From: Nanobdellota archaeon
GTDB lineage: Archaea > Nanobdellota > Nanobdellia > Pacearchaeales > GW2011-AR1
Length of the DNA: 64,000 nt
NCBI GenBank assembly: GCA_038045945.1
Contig: JBBSXC010000004.1
Coordinates: forward strand, 96,001-160,000
Reading direction: 5' to 3'
Of the stretch, positions 1 to 9,938 are shown piece after piece. The notes below the pieces were generated by a model. That model had not been told where the DNA came from. It saw nothing but the letters and a program-made list of their open reading frames with translations, and searched no databases. Numbering within the stretch: position 1 is the first letter of the stretch; each line of letters begins with the position of its first letter. The position numbers were made by a program, and so were the translations under genes.

Positions 1-72
1 AAAGAAAAAAGAAAAGCAGCAAAAACTAAAAGTAAAAAAACAGAAGAAGTAGCAGTGGAGGAAGAACAATAA
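1..72 (+). CDS. 3' end of an upstream gene, probably 30S ribosomal protein S3 (partial)
   Basis: Frame 1 reads KEKRKAAKTKSKKTEEVAVEEEQ-stop; identity inferred only from position before L29. Confidence 0.5.
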   Translation, partial: KEKRKAAKTKSKKTEEVAVEEEQ

Positions 73-76
73 AAAA

Positions 77-250
77 ATGGCAGTAATAAAAAACAGCGAA
101 GTGAAAAAGATGAATGCTGAAGAAAAAAAATCAAAATTAGAATCATTAAGAATGGAGCTAATAAAGAAACACGTACAAGCAAACAAGGCAGGAAAAGTTA
201 AGACCAAAGAGATTAAAAAGGCAATAGCCAGAATACTCACAAGTACTTAA
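77..250 (+). CDS. rpl29: 50S ribosomal protein L29 (57 aa, not in ORF track)
   Basis: Manual translation MAVIKNSEVKKMNAEEKKSKLESLRMELIK...KEIKKAIARILTST; L29 motif and synteny. Confidence 0.9.
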   Translation: MAVIKNSEVKKMNAEEKKSKLESLRMELIKKHVQANKAGKVKTKEIKKAIARILTST

Positions 251-251
251 C

Positions 252-551
252 ATGGATATATGCCCAAAATGTGGCCTGCCCAAACAGGCGTGTGTTTGCA
301 ACGAGATTGCAAGAAGTGAACAGCGAATAACCGTTGAGTCGGTTAAGCGCAGATTTGGCAAGTATGCGACACTTGTCAAAGGGTTAGAGAATGTTGACCT
401 AAGAGAAATAGCAAGAGAGCTTAAAGAAGAGCTAGCTTGTGGGGGAACAGTGAAGGACAACATAATAGAATTACAAGGAAACCATTTATCAAAAGTAAAA
501 CAAACATTGATAAGACTAGGATTCCCGGAAAGTTCAATAACAGGAGAATAA
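252..551 (+). CDS. sui1: Translation initiation factor SUI1/aIF1
   Basis: CPKCGLP..CVC N-terminus, LACGGTVK, IELQG motifs. Confidence 0.95.
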   Translation: MDICPKCGLPKQACVCNEIARSEQRITVESVKRRFGKYATLVKGLENVDLREIARELKEELACGGTVKDNIIELQGNHLSKVKQTLIRLGFPESSITGE

Positions 552-564
552 GGAAAGAAAAAAC

Positions 565-987
565 ATGAAAACAGAAAAAAAACAAGAAGGAAAAAAAGTA
601 AGCAAAGAAAGCAAAAACTTAGCAGGAGCTACAAATAACCACGTAGCAGGAGAAAGAGAAGTATCAACAAGAGGAAGAATATTCGAAGGAAACGTAACAA
701 AAAAGTTCCCTAGAAGAGTAGTAATAGAGTTCGAAAGACCAATATACGTAAGAAAATATGAAAGATACCTAAAACTAAAAACAAAATTACACGCAAGATT
801 ACCAATAGAATTAGAAGACAAAGTAGTGATAGGAGACTACATACAAATAAGAGAATGCCGACCATTGAGCAAAATAATACACTTCATAGTAACCAAAAAA
901 ATAAGAAGCGCAAGCGAAGAACACAAAAACCAAAGTGAGGAACACAAAAACAAAATGAAAACAGAAAAAATGGAGAAAGAAAAATGA
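565..987 (+). CDS. rps17: 30S ribosomal protein S17
   Basis: RGRIFEG, KYERY, IGD...ECRPLSK motifs. Confidence 0.95.
   Translation: MKTEKKQEGKKVSKESKNLAGATNNHVAGEREVSTRGRIFEGNVTKKFPRRVVIEFERPIYVRKYERYLKLKTKLHARLPIELEDKVVIGDYIQIRECRPLSKIIHFIVTKKIRSASEEHKNQSEEHKNKMKTEKMEKEK
913..954 (+). repeat. Imperfect 21-nt tandem duplication in the S17 tail (SEEHKNQ/SEEHKNK)
   Basis: agcgaagaacacaaaaaccaa followed by agtgaggaacacaaaaacaaa. Confidence 0.8.
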
Positions 988-1385
988 AAGCAATATCAGC
1001 AAAAGTAACAAGAGGAATGAACATAGGTTCCGTAGTAGTAGCAAGTGATAATAGCGGAGCAAGAATAGTAAGAATAGTATCAGTAAAACACGGAAAAACA
1101 AGAAAAGGAAGACAACAATACGTAAAAGTAGGAGACTTCGTAAAAGTATCAGTAAGAGAAGGAGACCCAAAAATGAAAGGGGAAGTATTCGAAGCAGTAG
1201 TAATAAGACAAAGAAAACCATACAGAAGAAGAACAGGAGAAAGAGTATGCTTCACAGACAACGCAGTAGCATTAGTAAAAGATGAAAAAGGAAACCCAAA
1301 AGGAACGCAAATAAAGGGGCCTGTAGCAAGAGAAATTCAAGAACGATGGAAGGAGGTTAGCAAAATAGCACAATTCGTATTCTAA
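984..1385 (+). CDS. rpl14: 50S ribosomal protein L14
   Basis: DNSGAR, AVVIRQRK, DNAV, KGTQIKGPVARE. Confidence 0.97.
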   Translation: MKAISAKVTRGMNIGSVVVASDNSGARIVRIVSVKHGKTRKGRQQYVKVGDFVKVSVREGDPKMKGEVFEAVVIRQRKPYRRRTGERVCFTDNAVALVKDEKGNPKGTQIKGPVAREIQERWKEVSKIAQFVF

Positions 1386-1415
1386 AAAATACGAATTATT
1401 TTGCGATTAATAATC

Positions 1416-1835
1416 ATGAAAGAATACTCAGCAAGCTGGAATTCAAGCAGAAGCAAAAGAAAACAAAGAAAGTTCAGATTCAATGCACCTTTACACACAA
1501 GACACAAACTAATGAGCAGTCAAGTAAGCAAAGAAATAGAAAAGAAAGAATCAATAAAAACAATACCAGTAAGAAAAGGAGACGAAGTAAGAATAATGAT
1601 AGGAAAATTCAGAGGACAGATAGGAAAAGTAAAAAGCGTAGACACAAAAAAACTAAGAGTAACAATAGACAAAATGCAAAGGCAAAAGAAAGACGGAACA
1701 AAAATAGACGTATACTTCCACCCATCAAACTTACAAATAAAAACATTAGTAATGGATGACAAAAAAAGAATAAAAAATAAGAAAGAAACACCTAAAGAAG
1801 CAAAAACAGAAAACAAAACAGGAGAAAAAAAATAA
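1416..1835 (+). CDS. rpl24: 50S ribosomal protein L24
   Basis: RKQRK..NAPLH, RKGDEVRIMIG KOW, HPSNL; ATG at 1416 preferred to TTG at 1401. Confidence 0.95.
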   Translation: MKEYSASWNSSRSKRKQRKFRFNAPLHTRHKLMSSQVSKEIEKKESIKTIPVRKGDEVRIMIGKFRGQIGKVKSVDTKKLRVTIDKMQRQKKDGTKIDVYFHPSNLQIKTLVMDDKKRIKNKKETPKEAKTENKTGEKK

Positions 1836-1836
1836 A

Positions 1837-2481
1837 ATGTACCTAAAACGAGCAAAAACACCAACAACTTGGCCAATAGCAAGAAAAGGAACAAAGTACG
1901 TAATAGTACCAACACACAACATAGAGAAAGGAGTATCATTAATGCTAATGCTAAGAGACCACTTAGAACTAGGAAATACAAGAAGAGAAGTAAGAAAAGC
2001 AACACTATCAGGAAACGTACTAGTAAACGGTAAAGAAGTAAAAGACGTAAAGTACGGACTAGCATTAAACGACGTAATAACACTAAAAGCAGCAGGAGAA
2101 AACTACCGTTTAACATATTCAGAAACAAAAAAATTCGTACTAGAAAAAATATCAGCAGGAGAAGCAGTAGAAAAAGTATCAAAAATAGTAGGAAAAAAGA
2201 TACTAAAAGGAAACATAATACAAATATCACTACTTGACGGAAGAACAATGATAGTGAAAACAGACGCAAAAATAGGTTCTTCAGCACTAATAGACCTAAA
2301 AACAAACACGATAAAAAAAGTAATACCAATGGAAAAAGGAGCAGAAGTAATAGTAATAGCAGGAAAACACTTAGGAAAGAAAGGAAAAATAGAAGAAATA
2401 AAAGACGAAGTAGCAAGAATAACATTCAGCCACGGAAAAAAGATAGGGCTAAAAGTAAACAACTTAATGGTACAAAAATAA
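1837..2481 (+). CDS. rps4e: 30S ribosomal protein S4e
   Basis: YLKR..P..WPIARK, LRDHL, LLDGR, GKHLG. Confidence 0.95.
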   Translation: MYLKRAKTPTTWPIARKGTKYVIVPTHNIEKGVSLMLMLRDHLELGNTRREVRKATLSGNVLVNGKEVKDVKYGLALNDVITLKAAGENYRLTYSETKKFVLEKISAGEAVEKVSKIVGKKILKGNIIQISLLDGRTMIVKTDAKIGSSALIDLKTNTIKKVIPMEKGAEVIVIAGKHLGKKGKIEEIKDEVARITFSHGKKIGLKVNNLMVQK

Positions 2482-2482
2482 A

Positions 2483-2986
2483 ATGAAAACAAACACTATG
2501 AAAAACATAAAGATGGAAAAGATCATATTGTCAGCTGGAGCAGTAGGAGACCAATTAGACAAAGCATACAAACTACTAGGAAGAGTATCAGGAGAAAAAA
2601 TAGTAAAAACGATGACAACAAAGAGAATACCAACATGGGGAGTAAGACCAAAACTAGAAGTAGGATGTAAAGTAACAGTAAGAGGGAAAAAAGCAGAAAA
2701 ATTACTAAAAAGACTACTAGCAGCAGTTGATAACGTAATAAAAGAAAAACAAATAGCGAACAACCACTTCTCATTCGGAATAAAAGAATACATCGAAATA
2801 CCAGATATGGAATACCAAAGAGACATAGGAGTAATGGGATTCAACACAACAGTAGACTTCGCAAGACCAGGAGTAAGAGTTAAAAGAAGAAGAATGAAAA
2901 AGAACGGGATACCAAAAAGACAAGAAGTATCAGTAGAAGAAATAAAAACATTCATGCAAGATAAATACGGAGTGAAAGTAATATGA
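2483..2986 (+). CDS. rpl5: 50S ribosomal protein L5
   Basis: GCKVTVRG, FSFGIKEYIEIP, RPGVRVKRRR. Confidence 0.96.
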   Translation: MKTNTMKNIKMEKIILSAGAVGDQLDKAYKLLGRVSGEKIVKTMTTKRIPTWGVRPKLEVGCKVTVRGKKAEKLLKRLLAAVDNVIKEKQIANNHFSFGIKEYIEIPDMEYQRDIGVMGFNTTVDFARPGVRVKRRRMKKNGIPKRQEVSVEEIKTFMQDKYGVKVI

Positions 2987-3213
2987 CAGCAAGCGACTGG
3001 CAAAAAATACTAAAGCAACTAAAGAATAAGCCAGCAGTAGCAGAAAAATACAAAAGGTTTAACAAGCCAAAAGACAGAAAATTTGGAGTAGCAAGTAAGA
3101 AGTGTGAGATATGCTTCAGGTTCGGAGCACACATATCAAGTTACAACTTAAACTTGTGCAGACAATGCTTCAGAGACGTAGCACAAAAAATAGGATTCAA
3201 AAAATACTCATAA
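2983..3213 (+). CDS. rps14: 30S ribosomal protein S14 (zinc-binding)
   Basis: CxxC...YNLNLCRQCFR...GFKKY. Confidence 0.95.
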   Translation: MTASDWQKILKQLKNKPAVAEKYKRFNKPKDRKFGVASKKCEICFRFGAHISSYNLNLCRQCFRDVAQKIGFKKYS

Positions 3214-3217
3214 AAAA

Positions 3218-3598
3218 ATGGCACACGACATAATAGCAGACGCATGCAATAACATAATGAACGCTAAGAGAGCGAGAAAGAAGTCAGCAGTAGCTAAAAT
3301 CTACTCAAAATTCTTAATAGAAATACTAAAAATAGCAAAAACTAACGGATACGTAGACGACTTCAAAATAAACGAAAAAGAAAAAAGTCTGAAGATAAGC
3401 TTTGACAAAATAAACGAGTGCGGAGCAATAAAACCAAGATACTTCGCAGATAAAAAAATGATAGACATGTACGTAAGAAGATTCTTACCAGCAAGAGACT
3501 TTGGAATAATAATAGTATCAACAAATAAGGGACTCATGACACACAAAGAAGCAATAGAAAAAAATATTGGAGGAGCACTAATAGCTTACTTCTACTAA
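3218..3598 (+). CDS. rps8: 30S ribosomal protein S8
   Basis: GAIKPR, LPARDFG, STNKGLMTHKEA. Confidence 0.96.
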   Translation: MAHDIIADACNNIMNAKRARKKSAVAKIYSKFLIEILKIAKTNGYVDDFKINEKEKSLKISFDKINECGAIKPRYFADKKMIDMYVRRFLPARDFGIIIVSTNKGLMTHKEAIEKNIGGALIAYFY

Positions 3599-4152
3599 TG
3601 AAAGAAAACAAAACTGGCGGACTAACACAAGAAATCCAGATACCACAAGGAGTAAACGTAGAAGCAGGAAAAGAAGAAGTAACAATAAAAAAAGATAACA
3701 AATCAACAAAGAAAAACTTAACAGGAGTAAAAATAGAGAAAAAAGACAACATGATAATACTAACAACAAAAAAGTCAGCAAAAAAAGACAGAAAACTAAT
3801 AATGACATACAGAGCACACATAATAAACGCAATAAATGGACTGGACAAAGAATTCGTATACAAACTAAAAGTATGTGCAGTACACTTCCCAATGACAGTA
3901 ACAGTAGACAAAAACAATCATGCACTAGTAATAAAAAACTTCCTTGGAGAAAAAAAGGAAAGAAGAGCAAAAATATTACCAGGAGTAGAAGTACAAATAA
4001 AAGGAGAAGAAATAACAGTAACATCATTCAACATAGAAAACGCAGGACAAACAGCAGCAAACATTGAAACAGCAACAACAGTAAAGTACAGAGACAGAAG
4101 AGTATTCCAAGATGGCATATTCCTAACAGAAAGAAGAGGTGAAAAGATCTAA
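3598..4152 (+). CDS. rpl6: 50S ribosomal protein L6
   Basis: HFPM, NFLGEK, GQTAANIE, DRRVFQDGI. Confidence 0.96.
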   Translation: MKENKTGGLTQEIQIPQGVNVEAGKEEVTIKKDNKSTKKNLTGVKIEKKDNMIILTTKKSAKKDRKLIMTYRAHIINAINGLDKEFVYKLKVCAVHFPMTVTVDKNNHALVIKNFLGEKKERRAKILPGVEVQIKGEEITVTSFNIENAGQTAANIETATTVKYRDRRVFQDGIFLTERRGEKI

Positions 4153-4493
4153 TGAGCAGCGGAACAAAAAGCGTAAGAAGAAAAGACTCGCACAAATTCG
4201 GAAAGTTAGGAATGAAGGTCAAAGCTAAAAGGAAATGGAGAAAAGCAAAAGGAAGACATAACAAAATAAGAGAAAGTAAGAGAGGACACGCAGGAAGACC
4301 AAAAATAGGATACAAAGCAGACTACTACGTTAAACCAATAACGATAGAAAACATGACTCAGCTATTAACACTAGGAAAAGAACAGCAAGCAGTAGTATCA
4401 GGAAGAGTTGGAGGAAAGAAAAGAACAATAATAATGGAAAAAGCAAAAAGTTTAGGACTAAAAGTAGAAAACCCAAGGAGACAAAAAAAATGA
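4152..4493 (+). CDS. rpl32e: 50S ribosomal protein L32e
   Basis: KWRKAKGRHNKIR, PKIGY, VGGKKR; synteny. Confidence 0.92.
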   Translation: MSSGTKSVRRKDSHKFGKLGMKVKAKRKWRKAKGRHNKIRESKRGHAGRPKIGYKADYYVKPITIENMTQLLTLGKEQQAVVSGRVGGKKRTIIMEKAKSLGLKVENPRRQKK

Positions 4494-4897
4494 ATTTAAG
4501 AAACAAAAAGGAACTAGCAGCAAGATCACTAGGAGTGGGAAAAGGAAGAATAAGATTCATAGAAAGTCATCTAGCAGAAATCAACGACGCGATAACAACA
4601 CAAGACATGATATCACTATTACAAAAAGGAGCAATACAAATAAAACCAATAAAAGGAAGACTTAAGAACGTTAAACGAACAACAAGAAGAGGAAGCGGAA
4701 AAATAAAGAAGAAAATAAGAAACACAAAAACAGTTTACGTAAGAAAAACAAGAAAACTAAGAGCAGCAATAAAAGCAATGAAGAATAACGAGTCAATAAG
4801 CGGAGAAGAATACAAAAAATTAAGAGTTCACATAAAAGCATCAAAAATCAAAGACAAATCACACTTACACGAACACATAAAGGAGATGAGAAAATAA
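4490..4897 (+). CDS. rpl19e: 50S ribosomal protein L19e
   Basis: LAARSLGVGKGRI, RRGSG; synteny. Confidence 0.93.
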   Translation: MNLRNKKELAARSLGVGKGRIRFIESHLAEINDAITTQDMISLLQKGAIQIKPIKGRLKNVKRTTRRGSGKIKKKIRNTKTVYVRKTRKLRAAIKAMKNNESISGEEYKKLRVHIKASKIKDKSHLHEHIKEMRK

Positions 4898-4901
4898 AAC
4901 A

Positions 4902-5459
4902 ATGACACAAGTAATACCAAAACGAAGAAGACTTGAGGGAATAACAGACTACCAAGCTAGAAGAAACATGCTAAAGTCAGGAAGAGCAAGAGTAGTATTT
5001 AGAAAAACTAACAAGTACATAATAGGACAAGTAATAGTTAGCGAGGAAGCAGCGGACAGAGTAATAGAGTCAGTAACATCAAAAGAATTATTAGGTAAGG
5101 GATGGCCAGAAAACAAAGAAGGAAGCCTTAAGAGCCTGCCAGCAGCATACCTAACAGGGCTAATGCTAGGGAAAAATTCACAAACAAAAAAGATAACTTC
5201 AGCAATACTAGACATAGGACTTAACAGAAACATAGCAAAATCAAGAATTTACGCATTCGCTAACGGAATAGTAGATTCAGGCCTAGAAATGCCAGTAAGC
5301 GAAAAAATGTTCCCAGAAAAAGCAAGAATTGACGGAGAACAAATAAAGATGAGTAAAGAAATAAAAACAATAAAAGAAAAAATCCAGAGTTCAGACGGAA
5401 CAAGAGCCCCTAAAGCAAAAGAAACTAAAACAAAAAATAAAAGTGAGGCTAAAAAATAA
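4902..5459 (+). CDS. rpl18: 50S ribosomal protein L18
   Basis: RRRLEGITDY, RKTNKY, SLPAAYLTG, ILDIG. Confidence 0.95.
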   Translation: MTQVIPKRRRLEGITDYQARRNMLKSGRARVVFRKTNKYIIGQVIVSEEAADRVIESVTSKELLGKGWPENKEGSLKSLPAAYLTGLMLGKNSQTKKITSAILDIGLNRNIAKSRIYAFANGIVDSGLEMPVSEKMFPEKARIDGEQIKMSKEIKTIKEKIQSSDGTRAPKAKETKTKNKSEAKK

Positions 5460-6241
5460 TGGCAGAAGAAGTAGTACCAATATCAATAACAGCACAAGAC
5501 TTAGCAGCGCCTGAAGAAGCAGTAGTTGCTGTAGTTGAAGAATCAAGGGGCAGAGGAAGAAGAAGAGAAAGAACAGAACCAACAAGAGATGAAATAGTTG
5601 ACAAATGGACTCCTAAAACAAAAATAGGTAAATTAGTTAAGAATAAAGAAATAAAAAACATTGATGAAATACTAAACAGTCATAAAATATTAGAATCAGA
5701 AATAGTTGATGCATTATTAGACCTTAAAAAAGACTTATTAATGATAGGTCAGCTTAAGGGAAAATTCGGCGGCGGTAAAAGAGCTTGGAGAAAACAAACA
5801 CAGAAAAAAACAGCTGAAGGAAACGTAACAACATTCTCAATTATGGCTATAGTTGGCGACGAAAACGGAAGAGTAGGACTAGGAAGAGGAAGAGCTAAAG
5901 AAAACATTCCAGCTAAAGAAAAAGCAATAAGACAAGCAAAACTAGGAATAATGAAAATAACTAGGGGTTGTGGAAGTTTTGATTGTTCATGCGGACTAGA
6001 ACACAGCATACCAGCAAAAGTTGATGGTAAGTGCGGAAGCGCGACAGTAGTTTTAATGCCAGCACCTCAGGGAACGGGACTTGTTGCTTGTGATGAACTA
6101 AAAAAGATATTAAGACTAGCCGGAATAAAAGACGTTTACTCTAAAACATTCGGAAAAACAAAAACTACTGGTAACTTAGCAAAAGCATGCATAGAAGCAC
6201 TTAAGAAGACTAACAAAATAAAAAACTATGGAGTACAATAA
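5459..6241 (+). CDS. rps5: 30S ribosomal protein S5
   Basis: WTPKTKIG, RGCGSFDC, PAPQGTGLV, LAGIKDV. Confidence 0.96.
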   Translation: MAEEVVPISITAQDLAAPEEAVVAVVEESRGRGRRRERTEPTRDEIVDKWTPKTKIGKLVKNKEIKNIDEILNSHKILESEIVDALLDLKKDLLMIGQLKGKFGGGKRAWRKQTQKKTAEGNVTTFSIMAIVGDENGRVGLGRGRAKENIPAKEKAIRQAKLGIMKITRGCGSFDCSCGLEHSIPAKVDGKCGSATVVLMPAPQGTGLVACDELKKILRLAGIKDVYSKTFGKTKTTGNLAKACIEALKKTNKIKNYGVQ

Positions 6242-6246
6242 AAAAA

Positions 6247-6657
6247 ATGGTAATAGCAGTTATTAGAATAACAGGACAAGTAGGACTTAACGCTGACGTT
6301 AAAGAAACATTATTCCGATGGAGAATGAGAAAGAAGTACGTTTGCGTACTAGTTGAAGAAAACAGAGAAAATGATATTGTTCTGAAAAGAATAAGAAACC
6401 TCGTAGCTTTCGGTAAAATAAACGATGAAACTCTAAAAAAACTTGTAACAGTTAGAGCTGAAAGACTAGCCGGAGTTAAACTAGACCACGAAAAAGTTTT
6501 CAAAGAAGCAAAAATTGCTAAGATTGTTTCAGCTAAACCATTCTTCAGACTTCACCCACCAATAGGCGGAGCTGACACAAAAGTGCACTTCCCTAAAGGG
6601 ATACTAGGAGATAATGGCGAAGATATAAATAAATTATTAATGAGGATGATAAAATGA
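6247..6657 (+). CDS. rpl30: 50S ribosomal protein L30
   Basis: AVIRITG, FRLHPP.GG, INKLL.RM. Confidence 0.93.
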   Translation: MVIAVIRITGQVGLNADVKETLFRWRMRKKYVCVLVEENRENDIVLKRIRNLVAFGKINDETLKKLVTVRAERLAGVKLDHEKVFKEAKIAKIVSAKPFFRLHPPIGGADTKVHFPKGILGDNGEDINKLLMRMIK

Positions 6658-7187
6658 AACTTCACAAAAGGAAAAAACCAAGTAGGCATAGAGGAACAAG
6701 AACTGCTGGTTGGGCTATGAAGAAACACAAAGGCGGTAAGGGTAACAGTGGTGGTAAGGGAATGGCAGGTACTGGTAAAAGAGCAGATCATAAAAAATCA
6801 TGGGTTTTAGTAAACCAATACCCTTACTTTGGTAAACAAGGATTCACAAGCAAAGGCACCGAAAATAGAAGTAATGACGTTTACAACCTTGACGACATAG
6901 AAGGAATGCTACTAAGTAACAAAGCAAAAAACGGAGTTTTAGAGCTTAAACAATACAAAGTATTAGGCGATGGAGAAATAACACAAAAAGCAAAAATTCA
7001 CGCAAAAGCATTCTCAAAGTCAGCTAAAGAAAAAATCCAGGCAGCAGGCGGAGAAGCAATAGTAGTAGCACAAAAAAGAAACGAACCTAAAGAAGGAAAC
7101 AAAGAATTCTTAGAAGAAAAAAAGGCAGCAAAAGAAAAGAAGACTACAACAGAAAAGAAAGAAACAGCAACAGTTAAGAAAAAATAA
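6654..7187 (+). CDS. rpl15: 50S ribosomal protein L15
   Basis: GGKGMAG, YFGKQGF, KVLGDG, FSKSAKEKI..AGG. Confidence 0.95.
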   Translation: MKLHKRKKPSRHRGTRTAGWAMKKHKGGKGNSGGKGMAGTGKRADHKKSWVLVNQYPYFGKQGFTSKGTENRSNDVYNLDDIEGMLLSNKAKNGVLELKQYKVLGDGEITQKAKIHAKAFSKSAKEKIQAAGGEAIVVAQKRNEPKEGNKEFLEEKKAAKEKKTTTEKKETATVKKK

Positions 7188-7607
7188 TTATTTTTCTAAC
7201 TTTTTAATATAATTCTGTAAGTCTATTTTTAGTTTTTCAAAAAGTTTTATTTGATCGCCTTCAACTTCTGCAGCAGGCATTTCTAATGAAGCAGCATCGT
7301 CAACTATTCCATCAAGTTCTTCATCAAACTCGTAAAAAGAAAAACCAGTCAATAAATAAGCAGTGTTTTGAATACTTTGTTCATCCTTAGCGGTTTTACT
7401 AACAATTTTAAGGAAGAATTTTCCAAGTCTTAGCTTTATGATTTTATCATTAATAACAGGAGTTGACTCCCTGTCCTTCATCTTAATCCTAGAACCTTTA
7501 TCCTTACCAAGAGAAGTTTTTTGTTTTATTAGCTTATTAATCTCAAAGAGTTCCTTCTTATCCTCAAGAGACAAATTATCATTTACATCCCCAGTGTTAA
7601 GTTCCAT
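7188..7607 (-). CDS. Hypothetical protein (139 aa)
   Basis: Fills the gap, convergent with rpl15; TTTAAA about 25 nt upstream; no family recognised. Confidence 0.65.
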   Translation of the reverse strand: MELNTGDVNDNLSLEDKKELFEINKLIKQKTSLGKDKGSRIKMKDRESTPVINDKIIKLRLGKFFLKIVSKTAKDEQSIQNTAYLLTGFSFYEFDEELDGIVDDAASLEMPAAEVEGDQIKLFEKLKIDLQNYIKKLEK

Positions 7608-7656
7608 GAATAAGAAAACCGTTCATAGTAGTTTTAAACTTTTCTAAAAAAGAAAA

Positions 7657-7929
7657 TTATTCTATTTTATCAGATAACTCTTTTTTATTAGCAGGCTCAA
7701 ACCTTAACTGGCGAGTCTCAAGGTCATAAACGAGTCTGCCAATAACTTCATCATCGCCAGAATGATGAGTAATAGGACTAGAAATTTGGCTTTTAGAAGT
7801 ATAAACAGGCTCAGTATTAACACGGTTTTTTCTAATTACTGGCTCTCTAGGCTGATTACAAGCATAAGCATCAACGCCCAGAGAATAACTCATAAATCTT
7901 ATCTCTCTTAAAGATTCTAAACTATGCAT
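7657..7929 (-). CDS. Hypothetical protein (about 90 aa)
   Basis: ORF fills the gap; start at 7929 chosen from TATA-like spacing. Confidence 0.55.
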   Translation of the reverse strand: MHSLESLREIRFMSYSLGVDAYACNQPREPVIRKNRVNTEPVYTSKSQISSPITHHSGDDEVIGRLVYDLETRQLRFEPANKKELSDKIE

Positions 7930-7982
7930 AATTATTGTAAGAATTAGAGGATATTTAAGATTATATATCATTCACTAAAAGG

Positions 7983-7990
7983 TTTATAAA
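7983..7990 (+). promoter_or_regulatory. TATA box, probably for secY
   Basis: TTTATAAA preceded by an A-rich BRE-like stretch, upstream of secY. Confidence 0.5.
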
Positions 7991-8053
7991 TCACATTTTG
8001 CGTATATTAATCATTAAAAAGGTCAATAAGGGACAAGTAAAAAAATAATAATT

Positions 8054-9439
8054 ATGGCAATAAAGGATATTCTACATAGTTTACCAGAAGTAAAAGCGCC
8101 TGTCGAAAAAAAGCTAAGTTTTAACGTAAAACTAAAATGGACTTTAATAATACTAGTAGGATTTTTCGTACTAGCTAACATACCACTATATGGCCTAGCA
8201 AAAAACTCCTTAGACAGATTCCAATACTTAGCAGTAATATTAGGAACAGATTTTGGTTCAATAATTAGTTTAGGAATAGGACCAATAGTAATGGCTTCTA
8301 TAATACTACAATTATTAGTTGGGAGTAAAATAATACAAATAGACACAAGCACACCAGAAGGAAAAAAGTATTTTCAAGGAATACAAAAATTAGGAGTATT
8401 CTTCTTCATAGTATTCGAAGCAGCAATATACGTATTAATGAAGGGACTTGAAGCAAGCCCAGGACACACAGGAATAGTAATATTCCAATTAATACTTGGA
8501 GGACTGGCAATAATGTTCATGGATGAAGTAGTCCAAAAGTGGGGTTTTGGAAGCGGAGTAAGCTTATTCATCGTAGCAGGAGTAGGATGGAGACTTTTCA
8601 CAGGACTATTCCAATTCGTAGGACCACAAGGAGGAAACTGCTTAACGGACTTTGGAAACATAGCATGCGGAGGAAAAGTATTAGTTATGATACAATCAAT
8701 AATACAAGGAGCACCAACAGAAGCATTAAGAGCGTTCGCAATAATAGCAGCAACAGCAATAATATTCTTAATGGTAGTATGGGCACAAAGCCTAAAAGTT
8801 GAAGTACCATTAGTATACGACAGGTTAAGAGGATACGGAGTAAAATGGCCATTATCATTCTTCTACGCTAACGTACTACCAGTAATACTAGTATCAGCCC
8901 TGGCAGCAAACATGCAACTATTCGCAGGACTACTAGAAGGATGGTTAGGACACCCAACATGGCTAGGAACATTCTCACAAGGAACACCAGTAGCAGGACT
9001 CGCATTCTGGCTACACCCAGTAAACATACTAGACCTAATAGTAACAGGAAGAGTATCATGGATACAAATAGCACAAACAATAACACACATATTATACTAC
9101 GTAGTATTCGCAGCATTATTCAGCGTATTCTGGGTTAAGACAAGTGGAATGGACGCAGGAAGCCAAGCAAGAAACATACTAAAATCAGGACTACAAATAC
9201 CAGGCTTTAGAAAAGACGAAAGAGTTCTAGAAAGCATACTAAAAAGATACATAGGACCATTAACAATCATGGGAGGAGCAGCAGTAGGATTCTTAGCAGC
9301 AGTAGCAGACTCCCTTGGAGCAATAACAGCAGGAACAGGAATACTACTAGCAGTTATGATAATGTACCAATTATACCAAAACATAGCACAACAACACCAA
9401 GTAGACATGCACCCAGCACTAAAGAAAATGTCAGGATAA
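8054..9439 (+). CDS. secY: Preprotein translocase subunit SecY
   Basis: LGIGPIV.ASII.QLL, KWGFGSGVSLFI, GLQIPGFR, GTGILL. Confidence 0.97.
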   Translation: MAIKDILHSLPEVKAPVEKKLSFNVKLKWTLIILVGFFVLANIPLYGLAKNSLDRFQYLAVILGTDFGSIISLGIGPIVMASIILQLLVGSKIIQIDTSTPEGKKYFQGIQKLGVFFFIVFEAAIYVLMKGLEASPGHTGIVIFQLILGGLAIMFMDEVVQKWGFGSGVSLFIVAGVGWRLFTGLFQFVGPQGGNCLTDFGNIACGGKVLVMIQSIIQGAPTEALRAFAIIAATAIIFLMVVWAQSLKVEVPLVYDRLRGYGVKWPLSFFYANVLPVILVSALAANMQLFAGLLEGWLGHPTWLGTFSQGTPVAGLAFWLHPVNILDLIVTGRVSWIQIAQTITHILYYVVFAALFSVFWVKTSGMDAGSQARNILKSGLQIPGFRKDERVLESILKRYIGPLTIMGGAAVGFLAAVADSLGAITAGTGILLAVMIMYQLYQNIAQQHQVDMHPALKKMSG

Positions 9440-9526
9440 ACCACAAAAAAACTAAAGTTTTGGATTAATAAGAATAAGATTATAAATTAATAAGAGTTAT
9501 AAACCAAAGAATAAACAATAATAACC

Positions 9527-9931
9527 ATGAGCATAACAACAATAATACAAGCATACCCAATAGCTAGTACAATAATAATAGCAGCTGTAGTGTCATTACT
9601 AAGCATGCTAGCAACAAAATACTTAACAAACCAAGAAAGACTAAAAGAATTAACAGTGAAACAAAAAGAACACCAAAGATTAATGAAAGAACACAAAGGA
9701 GACCAACAAAAAATGATGGAGATACAAAAAGAGATGATGAGCGGAAGCATGGAAAGAATGAAAAGCTCATTCAAACCAATGATAGTAACACTAATACCAT
9801 TCCTACTATTATTCAACTTCATGAGAAAAGTACTAGAAACAACACCAGCAGCAAAAAGTTGGTTCTGGTATTACCTAATAACAGCAATAGTACTAGGAAC
9901 AGTATGGAAAAAAATACTAAAAGTACACTAA
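9527..9931 (+). CDS. EMC3/TMCO1 (DUF106, Oxa1 superfamily) membrane protein
   Basis: TM-coiled coil-TM layout, SFKPM.VT.IP and WF.YY motifs; usual position after secY. Confidence 0.85.
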   Translation: MSITTIIQAYPIASTIIIAAVVSLLSMLATKYLTNQERLKELTVKQKEHQRLMKEHKGDQQKMMEIQKEMMSGSMERMKSSFKPMIVTLIPFLLLFNFMRKVLETTPAAKSWFWYYLITAIVLGTVWKKILKVH

Positions 9932-9938
9932 CAAAAAT

